Shown here: piece after piece, positions 53,301 to 64,000 of the stretch
How positions within the stretch are numbered: the first letter of the stretch is position 1
How the letters are laid out: the number at the start of each line of letters is the position of its first letter
DNA from: Geosiphon pyriformis uo1
Lineage: Eukaryota > Fungi > Glomeromycota
Reading direction: 5' to 3'
Length of the DNA: 64,000 nucleotides
NCBI GenBank assembly: GCA_016748015.1
Contig: JAAOMT010000599.1
Span: 310,001 to 374,000 of the forward strand
The notes under the pieces: generated by a model
Told to the model about the DNA's origin: nothing
The model's database searches: none
What the model saw: only the letters and a program-made list of their open reading frames with translations
Made by a program: the position numbers and the translations under genes

Positions 53301-54180
53301 TAGAGTCATAAAATATCATAAAAACAAAATAAAAGTAAAGACAAAGTTATCAGAAGAAAACTACACGTTCAAATACTGTTTTACAAGTAACTAAGCATAG
53401 AATAACATAAAATTGAAAAACTATTGACTGCACAGCTAATCACATAATTTATTACATATATTTGACATTCATTACATAGTGAAATTTATTACACTACAAT
53501 TAGTTCATAACAAAGGCGAATTATAATATAATATTTGTTAGAAGTTACCTCAAAAAATATATATAATAATTTGTTATATCAAGAAAATGTAAAATATTAT
53601 TTGTTACAGAACAAATTTGTTACAAAATTGGTTCATTATATCGAAAAGTAACTAAGTAACCAAGTAACCAAGTAATTTATATAATTAATATAATAACGTA
53701 AACAAAAAAATCAAATATTAACTATTTTTATCGAAACTATTAAATCACTCCATGTTTATATTTATATTATAATTTATTAACATAATTTTTTTATTATATT
53801 ATAATTAATTAATAACTATTTATACAATTTCTTTTCTTTTTCTTTTAATTATGCTTATTGAATTTTAGTTTTTAATTTAAAATTTTGTGCGTTTTTAATT
53901 TTAAATAAATTTATCATATTTATATTTTTATTTTTATAAATTTGTGTAATTTAATTATTATTATTATTATAAATTTTATTTTTTTAAGTTTTTACTCAAG
54001 TTTTTTGAATTATTATTTTTTAAGTTAAAATAAAAACTAAATCAAAACAATTAATTTAATTCTATTAAATAATTTTTTAATCTTTATATTTACAATTCAT
54101 ATTGTAAAAAAAAAACAATTTCATTTTAACACAAATAGTTTTATTTAATATTTAATATAAATCAAAATATTTATAATTGT
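50400..54180. other. Ultra-AT-rich, CpG-depleted block of about 3.8 kb (probable erased repeat)
   Basis: Extreme AT content with local C-over-G skew; adjoins the LINE remnant. Confidence 0.5.
53105..53139. repeat. Perfect 15-bp inverted repeat with a 5-nt spacer
   Basis: AAAAAACACTACTAG-aaaaa-CTAGTAGTGTTTTTT. Confidence 0.9.
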
Positions 54181-54190
54181 TTTCGTTAAG

Positions 54191-54912
54191 TTTTTTTGCT
54201 TTCATTAATATAGCCCTTTCACTATCTCTACATATATATTTCTATGGTAAACGCACTTTCTACACGTGACTAACATCTGGAGCCACACCACAACTATATA
54301 CTAAAAACGTCTAATACGTACAAATCCATCACACCATCACTAACTTCAAGTCCCTTGAAGCTTTCGCGTCCCCTTAAAACACCTATTTCTTTTAGTTCTC
54401 CCAATCTTATCCAGTCCTTTGAAATCGACACATTCGTGAATTCTATCTCGTCTCACCGTATTAGACGCATTGCTGCTGTCGGCAGTCATATTTTCTTCTT
54501 ATGCTTATTAACCATTAACGTGGCCAACTTCCCAATAAACATATTGACCTTGCCTTTTTCCTAGACCAAAATCTGTGCCTCCTTGCATCACTCTTGGAGA
54601 ACCAAGTTTTTAGCCAAAGACACGTAGTCAAAGGTACCTTCACATGAAACTTTCCCTAGTTGGGATTCTTTCATTGAGGTTCTGCACCTAAACGACGCCA
54701 TTTGTTCCACGCCGCGTTAAGTATTTTCACTCTTGTCTCCTTATTGTATATACACTCAAAAACGTGATCAGTATCCACATTTAAAGTATCTTATACTAGG
54801 ATACGTCCTGTCATAAAAATTTTTTTTCAGCCACTGGAAGCTTCCTGTATATCGTCGACATGATATACATACGGATACTTGAAGTGACCTTACTCGTAAA
54901 TCCCGTCCCCAT
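54191..54912 (-). mobile_element. 5'-truncated non-LTR retrotransposon (LINE) remnant: zf-RVT-like region to the 3' end
   Basis: Minus strand, across frameshifts: HMGTGFTSKVTSSIRMYIMSTIYRKLPVAEKK / YDRTYPSIRYFKCG / TDHVFEC (degenerate LP...CxxC...H...C), then FDYVSLAKNLV and KKI*LP (IWxPR-like), ending in a short A-run (T-run at 54191-54197 on +). Confidence 0.8.
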
Positions 54913-56061
54913 ATGATTCTTTTTAGATTTTTATTAAATCATTGTAAATTTTTAAAATCAAACATTTTGTAAAACACAATTTATTTAATTTTTTTTTAAA
55001 AGATTCAACTTAAAAATGACATCACAACTAGTTGCAACCATTTTTATTAGGAACAGTAATTCTTAAACTTACTGTTATTTTTTATATAAAATTTTTTTTT
55101 AATATTTAGATTTAGTGATTTCAAAGAACAAAAAGCTCATAATTTTTCAATTAAAGATTCTTAAGAGGATGGGTTTTATTGATTTATTCCACAATTCTAA
55201 ATCGAAAACTATATCGATTTTTGAACCAAATCGAGAGATTTCAGGATTCCAGTTTTCAATTTAGAATCCTGATTTCTTAATCTCCCAATCTTTTTACGTA
55301 TTGAATTTTTAAACTGTAGAAAAGTGTACAATAGAAATTACATTATAATTTTTTGCTGACAGAGGATAAATTTCATTTTATTGTAAACTCTCATCCTTTT
55401 GCTTTCTTTCCCTCCCTTGACAGCTGATATTTTGTATGCATAATAGAACTTTATTGTTTTTGGCGCATACACAACAGCTGTCATATAGTTCATGCATCAA
55501 GTGTCCTTATAATTGTTCAAATATGCTTTTATAAATAAGTTGCTCGGTTTTTTTTTCAAGTTTCATATTTGGTTAAACCTTAAAACTAAAGAACTTTGAA
55601 CGTTTTGGCTGGATAAATTTGTTTATCCTTTTACAGTTAGAAAAAAAAGAAAAAATTTTCACATATCCCTCTTTTTTTGGATGAAAAAAACTTGATTATA
55701 CTAAAATTGAGATTTGTGTTTTGATATTTTAAAGAAATTTGCATTTATTTTATGAAAAGTGATTAAAATATGTCATTAAAAAATAAAATAAAAAATAAAA
55801 TGATAAAGGTAATAAATCTTTTTAATCTGCGTCCGTAATTATCATAATGTAACTAACCTCCTGCGTGAGATAAACAAACAAAGCGAGAATCTATCAAGGA
55901 TTTATCAAGAATCTTTAGGGATGACAATGATATGATCATTTGGGGATTCTTTTTTAATAAAAGATGTGTGTCATTTGATTTTTTAATTACCTCATATTAC
56001 AGGTTCTGGTTTTCTATCAAAACAAATTAAGGACCTACAAAAAAAGAACTTGATTCAATAA

Positions 56062-56101
<40 letters not shown>

Positions 56102-56166
56102 GAACCCAACTATAGTAATTAATTTCATTCATGAAAAAAGAAAGTATCAAGGAACTCTTTTTTTTT

Positions 56167-56270
56167 CTTGATATTGGAATTTTCTAAAAGTTTTAAAAAC
56201 TAGTAGTTTTCTTTAACTTATTTTGATACTTGAATTTTCTAAAAGTTTTAATAACTAGTAGTTTTCTTTT
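56167..56270. repeat. Local tandem duplication (period about 55 bp)
   Basis: ttgata.t.gaattttctaaaagttttaa.aactagtagttttcttt occurs twice. Confidence 0.85.
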
Positions 56271-56496
56271 AAAAAAAATGAGTTATACTCAATCAATTAA
56301 ATCACGCGTCATTTAATTCAAAATGATTTTGATCACAAAAAATAAAAAAAAACTAAATAAAAAAAATCCCCGATTGTTCAATTTAACCTAAAGAGTAATA
56401 ATAATAATAAAGCATCACATTTTTCATTGTAAACATTTAGGATAAAAATTAAAATTTATCCCAATGAAAAAATCACAAGAAAATAAAGCTCACATT

Positions 56497-56497
<1 letters not shown>

Positions 56498-56568
<71 letters not shown>
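56498..56568 (+). repeat. 71-nt poly(A) homopolymer
   Basis: Directly visible; a 32-nt poly(T) lies at 56064-56095. Confidence 0.95.
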
Positions 56569-56571
<3 letters not shown>

Positions 56572-56928
56572 CCATATCTTAAAAAGGAGTTAAAATTAAA
56601 CTATCATCACTAAACTTTATTTTTCCGTTATCTGTACCTACAGAGATCACAAGAAAACTCATAAATTGTCGATTTCGAAACAGTAAAAAAGCCAAATTAA
56701 TGTAATGCAAAAAAAAAAAACTCGATTTCTGGTCCGTGCCATTTTTGTACATGAGAAAATCAAGGAATGTAATTTATCGTTGAATGGGATTTTTCGTTAC
56801 GGAAAAGTCTTTAATGGCAAAGTAATGATGCATATGTACACACAGACTGTGAAATTTAAATGGGAAATTTTGGTGGGAGAAATCTTTTTTTTTTCTTTTA
56901 TAAAAATACTCATTATGATATTCAAAGG

Positions 56929-56982
<54 letters not shown>

Positions 56983-57699
56983 AGCTCCGATAATATATAG
57001 ATTAATCTTTCTCGGGGAAAAGTTGATTAAATTATGATATCACTCAAAAGCATGAATAATGATTATGAAAAACATTTTTATCACTAATGTACATTTTATT
57101 AAATTTTTAATTTTTGTGTGAAGGGAAGATCATATGTGCTGAAAAACAAATCATTAAAAATTATAATTTAAAATAATATATATATATATATATATATATT
57201 CACTGAAAAGAGATGTCCCTAGTTAATTCTTTAGTTTGAAAAAGTCAATTTTCTCATAGTGGATCGCGGGAAAAACCTTAGTACTCAGGTGACATTTCTT
57301 TCATTATTAATTATTTTTTTAGCTTTTCCCAAAACGCCTACTAAGCGAAAGAAAGTAGTCGTGTGATCTTATCACGCGATGGTAATAAGTTAACTTTTAT
57401 GCATAAAAGCCCCGAATTCAGATCAATCTGTGTTATGAATTTTTAGGTAATGCAAAAAAAAAAGATTTTCACCTCAATATTTAAAATAGTTCAAGTTCTC
57501 ATTAATATTCAAAAAAAAAAAAAAAGAATTTCTTTGGCTGTATTTTGAAATATTTAGATTTAAGATTTAAATTTGGAGAGATACATAGTGGTGGATTTTG
57601 TACTGCATAGTGAAAAAATTTACGGGTATAAACTAAATTCTAACATTAGAATGTGGTTTAAAAACTGTCAAAAATTTTGTTTATGGCTTATCTGTTGTT

Positions 57700-57732
<33 letters not shown>

Positions 57733-57943
57733 ATTATACCTTTTTTTTTAAAAAAAAAAAACTTTTTAAGTCTATATTTTGTTTTGATGTTAATGCAGTC
57801 TAGTAGTAAAACTATTTTTAGGTTTTAATCAAAGAATGAAACAAAACCTTTTACTTGATCATTATGATAATTATGATAATTATGATGATTACTAAAGACA
57901 AAAATTATCTTCATTAGATAATCATCTTTTTTTTTTTTTTACG

Positions 57944-58618
57944 TCAAAAACTACTCGACATTGAATGCCCACGTCGAAACAAAGGTCGCGTGATAGCAGA
58001 ATTTACGATAAAAAATTCTTCTTCCTCTTCTTCTTCACTATTTTCCCCGGCAGTGGATGTGTCATAAGTGTCAAAGTTATCACTCATTTGTGAATGATCT
58101 GTGTCAGGAGTATTGCATCGATCATGATGTTCAAAAGTGATTCCTAAACCTTCAGAAATACTCGCGAATTTCATCGTGAATGAATCTCTTCTCGGATTAT
58201 TAGTTGCACGAGTGTTAAATCCATTCGGGGAATGAAATGATCCTTGATATCCATAATATCTCGAATTTGTTTCACAGTTTATTGAATGATCCGGTGACGA
58301 ATCAACTGAACAAAAACTTTCGCTCGGTGAACTACTCCCTGGTGGACTCAAACTATCGCATGATGATATCGATGATGTTGAATCCGAGCGACGTAAGAGA
58401 TAAGTATCAAAAGAAGGGGGTTTACGTAAATGTTTAAAAAATTTACGTTTAGATTGTTTTTGTTGTTGTTGTAAAGCGAGAAAAACGGAATGTGTCGGGG
58501 ATGAGAAAGTAATTGATGTTTCGGTGTTGCTACGGGTACGTCTGTTATTTGAAGAAGAGGAGTTGAATAATGGTGATGTGGTGGTGGTGGCGGTGGTGGT
58601 GGTTGTATTATAGTACAT
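57944..58618 (-). CDS. SPTHS/LRKPPSF-family protein, paralog 5 (224 aa)
   Basis: ATG in AAAATG context. Contains RRTRSNT, FSSPTHSVFLA, KRKFFKHLRKPPSFDTYLLRRSDSTSSISSCDS, RRDSFTMKF, SEEEEEEEFFIVNS. Confidence 0.92.
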   Translation of the reverse strand: MYYNTTTTTATTTTSPLFNSSSSNNRRTRSNTETSITFSSPTHSVFLALQQQQKQSKRKFFKHLRKPPSFDTYLLRRSDSTSSISSCDSLSPPGSSSPSESFCSVDSSPDHSINCETNSRYYGYQGSFHSPNGFNTRATNNPRRDSFTMKFASISEGLGITFEHHDRCNTPDTDHSQMSDNFDTYDTSTAGENSEEEEEEEFFIVNSAITRPLFRRGHSMSSSF

Positions 58619-60034
58619 TTTGATGTAATTTGTTTGTTTGTTTTTTTTTTAAAAAAAAAAAAGCTGGAAAATGATCAAAAATATCAAGGAAAATTTTTTC
58701 AGGATAAAAAAAAATGACAAATAGAATAAGTGTGGTTTTTGATTTTTAGTAATTAGAAATTAGCATTCACAGATATTCATTAGGAAAAAAAAAAAGGAAT
58801 AGTTTAGTTTTTTGGAAATCGCAAGTCCTAAATAAAAATACGATATTTCATAAAAATCGAAAAAATCGATCGAATAAAACTTTTGCTCACGTAAAATCAG
58901 ATTTTTTAAAATGTAAAAAAAAAAACCAAGACGTTTTTTTTTTCAATACCCTTAGTTAGCCGTGCGAGTTTTTATGCCATTTTCTCGTGGTAAAGTTTTT
59001 TATTTTGTTATAGGATATATATTTGGAAATCTTAAAAAATCAATTGCCGATAATGTGAATTAATGGATAAATGAAAATTTGACGATAGTTGAAAAAGTAA
59101 ATAATAAAATTATAAAGTATTAATGGTGAGAAAAAAGAAGTTTTCGTTTTTTTCTTTTTTTACGCATTTTTTAATGTTGTGTCCATAAAAAAAATTTTTT
59201 TTTGGTTGTACGATTCAGGGTTTTTTCTGATTGATCTCTGATTGGAATTCTAGGTTCTAAATTGTTTCTTGCTTTTGAACAAAAGTATAATAATAAATTA
59301 TTTTAAATAAGATAGTTTAAATATTTGAATTAGTTAATTTAGATAGATATAGTGCTTTTTTTTTTCGTTTATCATAAAAAAAGGTTTAGTAAAAAAATAT
59401 ATCTTTTTAATTACCCTAATCGTCATTTCTTAATTAAATTCAATAGAATGTTTTTACCCTTTTTGTTGTCGTTGTTGTTGTTATTGTTGTTGTTTTTCAA
59501 TTAAAATCTTTCCCGGTAAGCTAGACCAGCATTAAAATTTGAGACTACCCTAAATCATACTTTATTCTAAAAAGATTTTCTTCATCTAAATATTAAATGG
59601 ATCAACAGTCAAAAGGAAAAGTTAAAAAAAAAAGTCAAAGCACGACTTTTAGTTCTCTGAAAATATTATTATTATTATTATTATTATTATTAAAAATTAA
59701 CTTGAACCTTTAATAAAACCATATATCTCTGTGCTAGGACTGTTTATGTAGGTAAGGATAAAACAAATGAAAAAAAGTCCACCTACCGATGATGAGTCGA
59801 TTTTTTTCGGCTGAAAATGGTAGTCACACGAGCTTTATCTTTTCATTTTTAGTTTCAAATAAAAGAATCAAGCACATGATCTAATGATGCATAATTGTCA
59901 AAAAAAAATTTATAAGTGATGAAGAACTTCTATCAGATCAGAAATTGCACATACAATCAAACACACAGATAGTAATTTGTTGCTGCAGGAAAAACGCCTT
60001 TTTACCTTGAAAAGCGAAAAAACAGTTGTTAAAA

Positions 60035-60079
<45 letters not shown>

Positions 60080-62025
60080 AATTGAATCTCACGCAAAAAA
60101 CGTGCCCAAATGTTCTATAAAAAATCCTTGAATAGTCATTTTTTTTTCTTTATCCTTTTTTAACATATTAAAGAATTGCCATCCCACTTTTAATAGTCTT
60201 TTTTCGATTTCAATCTTGTGTTTGCATGTCAGTTTCGTTTCAATATGCAGAAACAACTTTTCCGAGATCCCAAAAAATTAATTATCGATATTATGTTTCC
60301 AGTATTTGGGTAAAAACAGGAAAAAAAGTTGGGATAATTCCATATTTTTTTTTTAACTTTACTCATTGATAATGATTTGATTTATTTGTGTACGTCTCGT
60401 GATATTTGCTAGTGAGTTTATATATGTATGTAGGGGGTAGAGACTAAGATCTTCTACTTTGTCAATCTTTTTTACGACTATAAAATTTTAAAAAATGATA
60501 TTTTAGTTATAGATTAGACTTATTTTTAAAAATTGAACCTTCAACTTCAAAACCTCAACAACCTAAAATCTTTTCTTAAACTCACTTTTTTTCAACTATG
60601 TGTCTCCTGAAAATTTTAGAATCGAGTTTTATATATGAAAGGGTGATTGCTTTCATGTTTTTTCGATTAATTTTATTTCATTACCTGTAATCAACTTCTT
60701 CTTTTTTTTTTGATGATTTTCGATTGATTTTATTTCATTACCTGATAAAAAATTTTATTTTTTTTTATAAAAGTAAAAAGATTTTTTAGAAAAAATTTAA
60801 TGGAAAAGATCTAACCTTTAATCATTCATAATGCATATGAAATAAAGTTCCTTTTTTTTTTAAAGAAAAAAAGAAAAGAAAATTCTAGATTCTCGAATTT
60901 TATTTTAACCATCGAGAAAATAATGTTCAAAAGAAAAAATATGATACGTATCACTTATTTGAGGCAATTCTGCCTCGGCCACATACTCACAGTTTTGACG
61001 ATTCTTTTATCAACTTTCCTGAATTAGGCACCTATCGATTATTCAATTTCAACTTCAACGCCCATCTTTCACGAGGATTATAGTGGTGCATATGAGTTTA
61101 CAATTTTGATTTATGTCTGTCGGCGATAATTTTCGAGGGGTTAAAAAAAATATAGATCATAGATCATAGATCATAGATCATAGACCAAGTCCTAATTAAA
61201 TTGAATACTGTACAGCTTTTCTTTTTTTTTTTTTTGCCAATTCAACATTATTAGCATTGCACTACATTACATTACACTACGCCTATCATTAATAGGATCA
61301 TAAATCGCGTGACGTATCAACCCCGATCTTGATTTCAAAGGGTTACGCCAATCCGACTCATCTTGCATCAAGTGTTAACCATTATCATCAAGATACATTT
61401 TGTGAATTGTCAAATTTTAGAATCTGCACCATCAAAAAGTGCCCTTTTTCGGGAGTTTCTCCGAAGATAGTCATTTAAAAACTATTAAAGCTTTCAAACA
61501 AAGAAAATAAAAATGTATACCATATATCCAATAATATTCTTTGTTCTTTTTCAAGATTTTTGGATGATCGTTTATTTTTTGTCAATAGTTATACACCTAA
61601 ATTTTCTCGCAAAAAAAAAAAAATAATAATAATAATAAATTTCTCGAAAAAAAGAGTTTTTCGAGTTGTTCAATGTATAATTTGAAATTTATTTTCCCTA
61701 ACAACTACTACATAGAATTTGAAGTTTTTTACAATTATTTTTTATATAATATTATCCAATGAAGCTGAGAAAAACTTTATTTGAAAATTTGGTTTTTGTT
61801 TCATAGACGAAAAACGGGTAAGAATACAATAATGCTTTTACTAATATTATGGTTTTTTCCAAGATTTTCAAGTCCTGAAAATTTTTGATTATAACATTTT
61901 CTCAAAGAAAATTTATTTTTCTTATTAAATATTTTAAAAGAAAATAACAAAACTGATAACCACTTAAACACTTGACCAATTTTAAATAGTATTACAAAAT
62001 TTAATTCTTAATATAATGGAATTAA

Positions 62026-62061
<36 letters not shown>

Positions 62062-62149
62062 TCTCAAAATTAAATCAAAAACTATAAAAGTCTTGTCTTT
62101 TTCAAAAGCTTTTGACCAAGAATAAAAAGTATTAAATTTCTTTTTAATT

Positions 62150-64000
62150 CAACGAGATTTTTTTTTATGTAATAAATTTGAATAATATATGTTTATTAAA
62201 TTAAAAAAATATATTTTCTAGATTTTCAAAGTTTCTTGATTTTTAATATATATTTATAATTTTAAAAAAAAAATTTGTTATAATAAAAATTTAAAAACTT
62301 GTAAAATTAATCTATATCATACATGATTGTTATTAAGTATAATTTTTTTTTGTATTAAAATAAACTTAAAAAATAAAATATTATTTAATTTCTTATAAAT
62401 AATTCTAAAATTAACATATTACTAATCACACCAACCCTATACTTAGATTTTTAATTAATAATTTTATTTAAAAACATATTTTTACTGAATAATTTTAATT
62501 ACAAAAAATATTTAATTAAAATAATTTAAACTTAAAAATAATTTAATTGTAATTTTAAAATAATATTTTTAATATAAATTAATAAGTTCATTTTAAATTT
62601 TTTATTAAATTTTCTTTTAACTTTTATTATAAATTTGTATTTATATATATACTTAAAAATCCTATCTATATATATTTTTAAAATAATATTTTTTAATTAA
62701 ATTAATAAATATTAACTTTTTAAAAAAAATATATTTATTATAATTAATTATTTCTTATTTATTTATTTAACGTATAGTTCAATCACTATCTAATACAATT
62801 AATTATATATTTATATTTTTTGTTTTATTTGAAATTTTATTTGAAATTATTTAATTTGTGAAATATCATTTAAAATATTTAAATTGTTTAAATTTAAATA
62901 AAATTAAATCACAAATTTATGTTTAATATAATTTAATCTTTTATTAATTATTTTTATATAATTTAATTATTATTTATTAAATATAAATTATATTAAAACA
63001 AATATATAATTAATTATATTAAAATTATATTAAATTAAATATTAAAAATAACTTTTTTATATTTTTTTTATTCTTTTTTTATTGCTGTTTAAATAGTTAA
63101 AAAAAATCAAAATAGTTAAAAACTATTTTTTTAACTTTTTATTATATTTAATAATAATCTTTTTAAAATACCAAAAGATTTTTTTTTTGGTGTTTTGGTA
63201 GTTTTAATATTTTAGAATTAGCTTCTCTTCTTATGAAAAATAAAGCTTTGATTTTTTGTTTTTTTTTGTTTTTTTGATTAATTTTGTATTATTAATACTA
63301 ATTATAATATTTAATTTTATTATAATTATAAATAAAAAAAATTTTCTGTTCTAAATAATAATAATAATAATTTTAGTTTAAATTAATTTTTGGTTGTGTT
63401 TCTTAATATATTAATTTTTGGTTGATTTTTATTAGTTTTAAAAACAAAACAAAACATATTTTTATATGTGTTTTTTTCTAATTAAATTATTAGATTACTT
63501 AATTATAAAAATAAAATTAATTAAATAAAAGCATAATTAATCTTTTTCTTTTTGTTATCTAATATTGTTTTTAATAATAATTAAAAAATAATTACTAATT
63601 ATTAAAAATTTATTAAATAAATAATTTTTATTTTAATATTTAGTGCTTTTTTTAAAATTAAATTGGTTTTTGTTAAGATTGTATTTTAGTTTATATATGG
63701 TTTTATTAATATTAAATTTGTATTTAAAAATAATATAAAGCTTTTTGGTATAAAATTTGTTTTTTAAGTTTTTTAAATATTGTATTTTAAGCTAAACTTA
63801 CTGATTTTGTTTCTTTTATTACTCTTAAAATTGTTAAATTTTTGAGTTTTTCTTCTATTGTTGTTATTATTTTATATAATATACTTTTAATATATATTTG
63901 TAATATTAAAATAGTTTTTGGTATTTTTAAAAAAGTTTTTAAAATTATATTAAAGTTTATTAATATTTAATAATATGTTATTATTTATTTTAAGTTCTTT
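62150..64000. other. Ultra-AT-rich, CpG-depleted block running off the window end
   Basis: Extreme AT content; the last ~0.9 kb is G/T-skewed on + (ttttggtgttttggtagtttt), like a decayed LINE sense strand. Confidence 0.5.

Noticed and set aside
56064-56568. Poly(T)...poly(A) pair as a foldback element or retroposon tail
   Set aside because: No target duplication or retroelement body seen; long homopolymers are frequent throughout the window.
57573-57803. Poly-Cys ORF (metallothionein-like look)
   Set aside because: TTG start, and the Cys run derives from a (TGT)n microsatellite downstream of paralog 5.

Overview
Very AT-rich, microsatellite-rich, gene-poor eukaryotic DNA. The short GT-AG introns (64-81 nt) and the type of LINE/Tc1 debris point to an early-diverging fungus, probably Glomeromycotina (inference). 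I can support only six intact genes in 64 kb. Five are divergent, single-ORF paralogs of one family I do not recognise (2157-2744 -, 36500-37456 -, 44884-45567 +, 48590-49249 +, 57944-58618 -). They encode low-complexity, probably disordered proteins of about 195-318 aa that share an ordered set of short motifs: SPTHSx[FY], a Q/basic segment, LR[KQ]P[PQ][SA]FxxYL, (SSxSSCDS), an RRxS / LRRVSSAxR[FL] block, and an acidic tail ending in an aromatic-x-x-aliphatic motif. This resembles a clustered family of kinase-regulated, possibly Atg8/14-3-3-binding signalling adaptors (hypothesis). The sixth gene is a 7-exon, 605-aa PD-(D/E)xK restriction-endonuclease-like gene (15415-17657 -) in a small GC-richer island next to a decayed Tc1 transposase. 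The window also holds an internally deleted Tc1/mariner element with intact TIRs and TA target duplication (42883-43753), two LINE 3' remnants, several kb-scale ultra-AT blocks that look like mutationally erased repeats, many microsatellites and a 20-N assembly gap. I recognised no rRNA, tRNA or CRISPR features.
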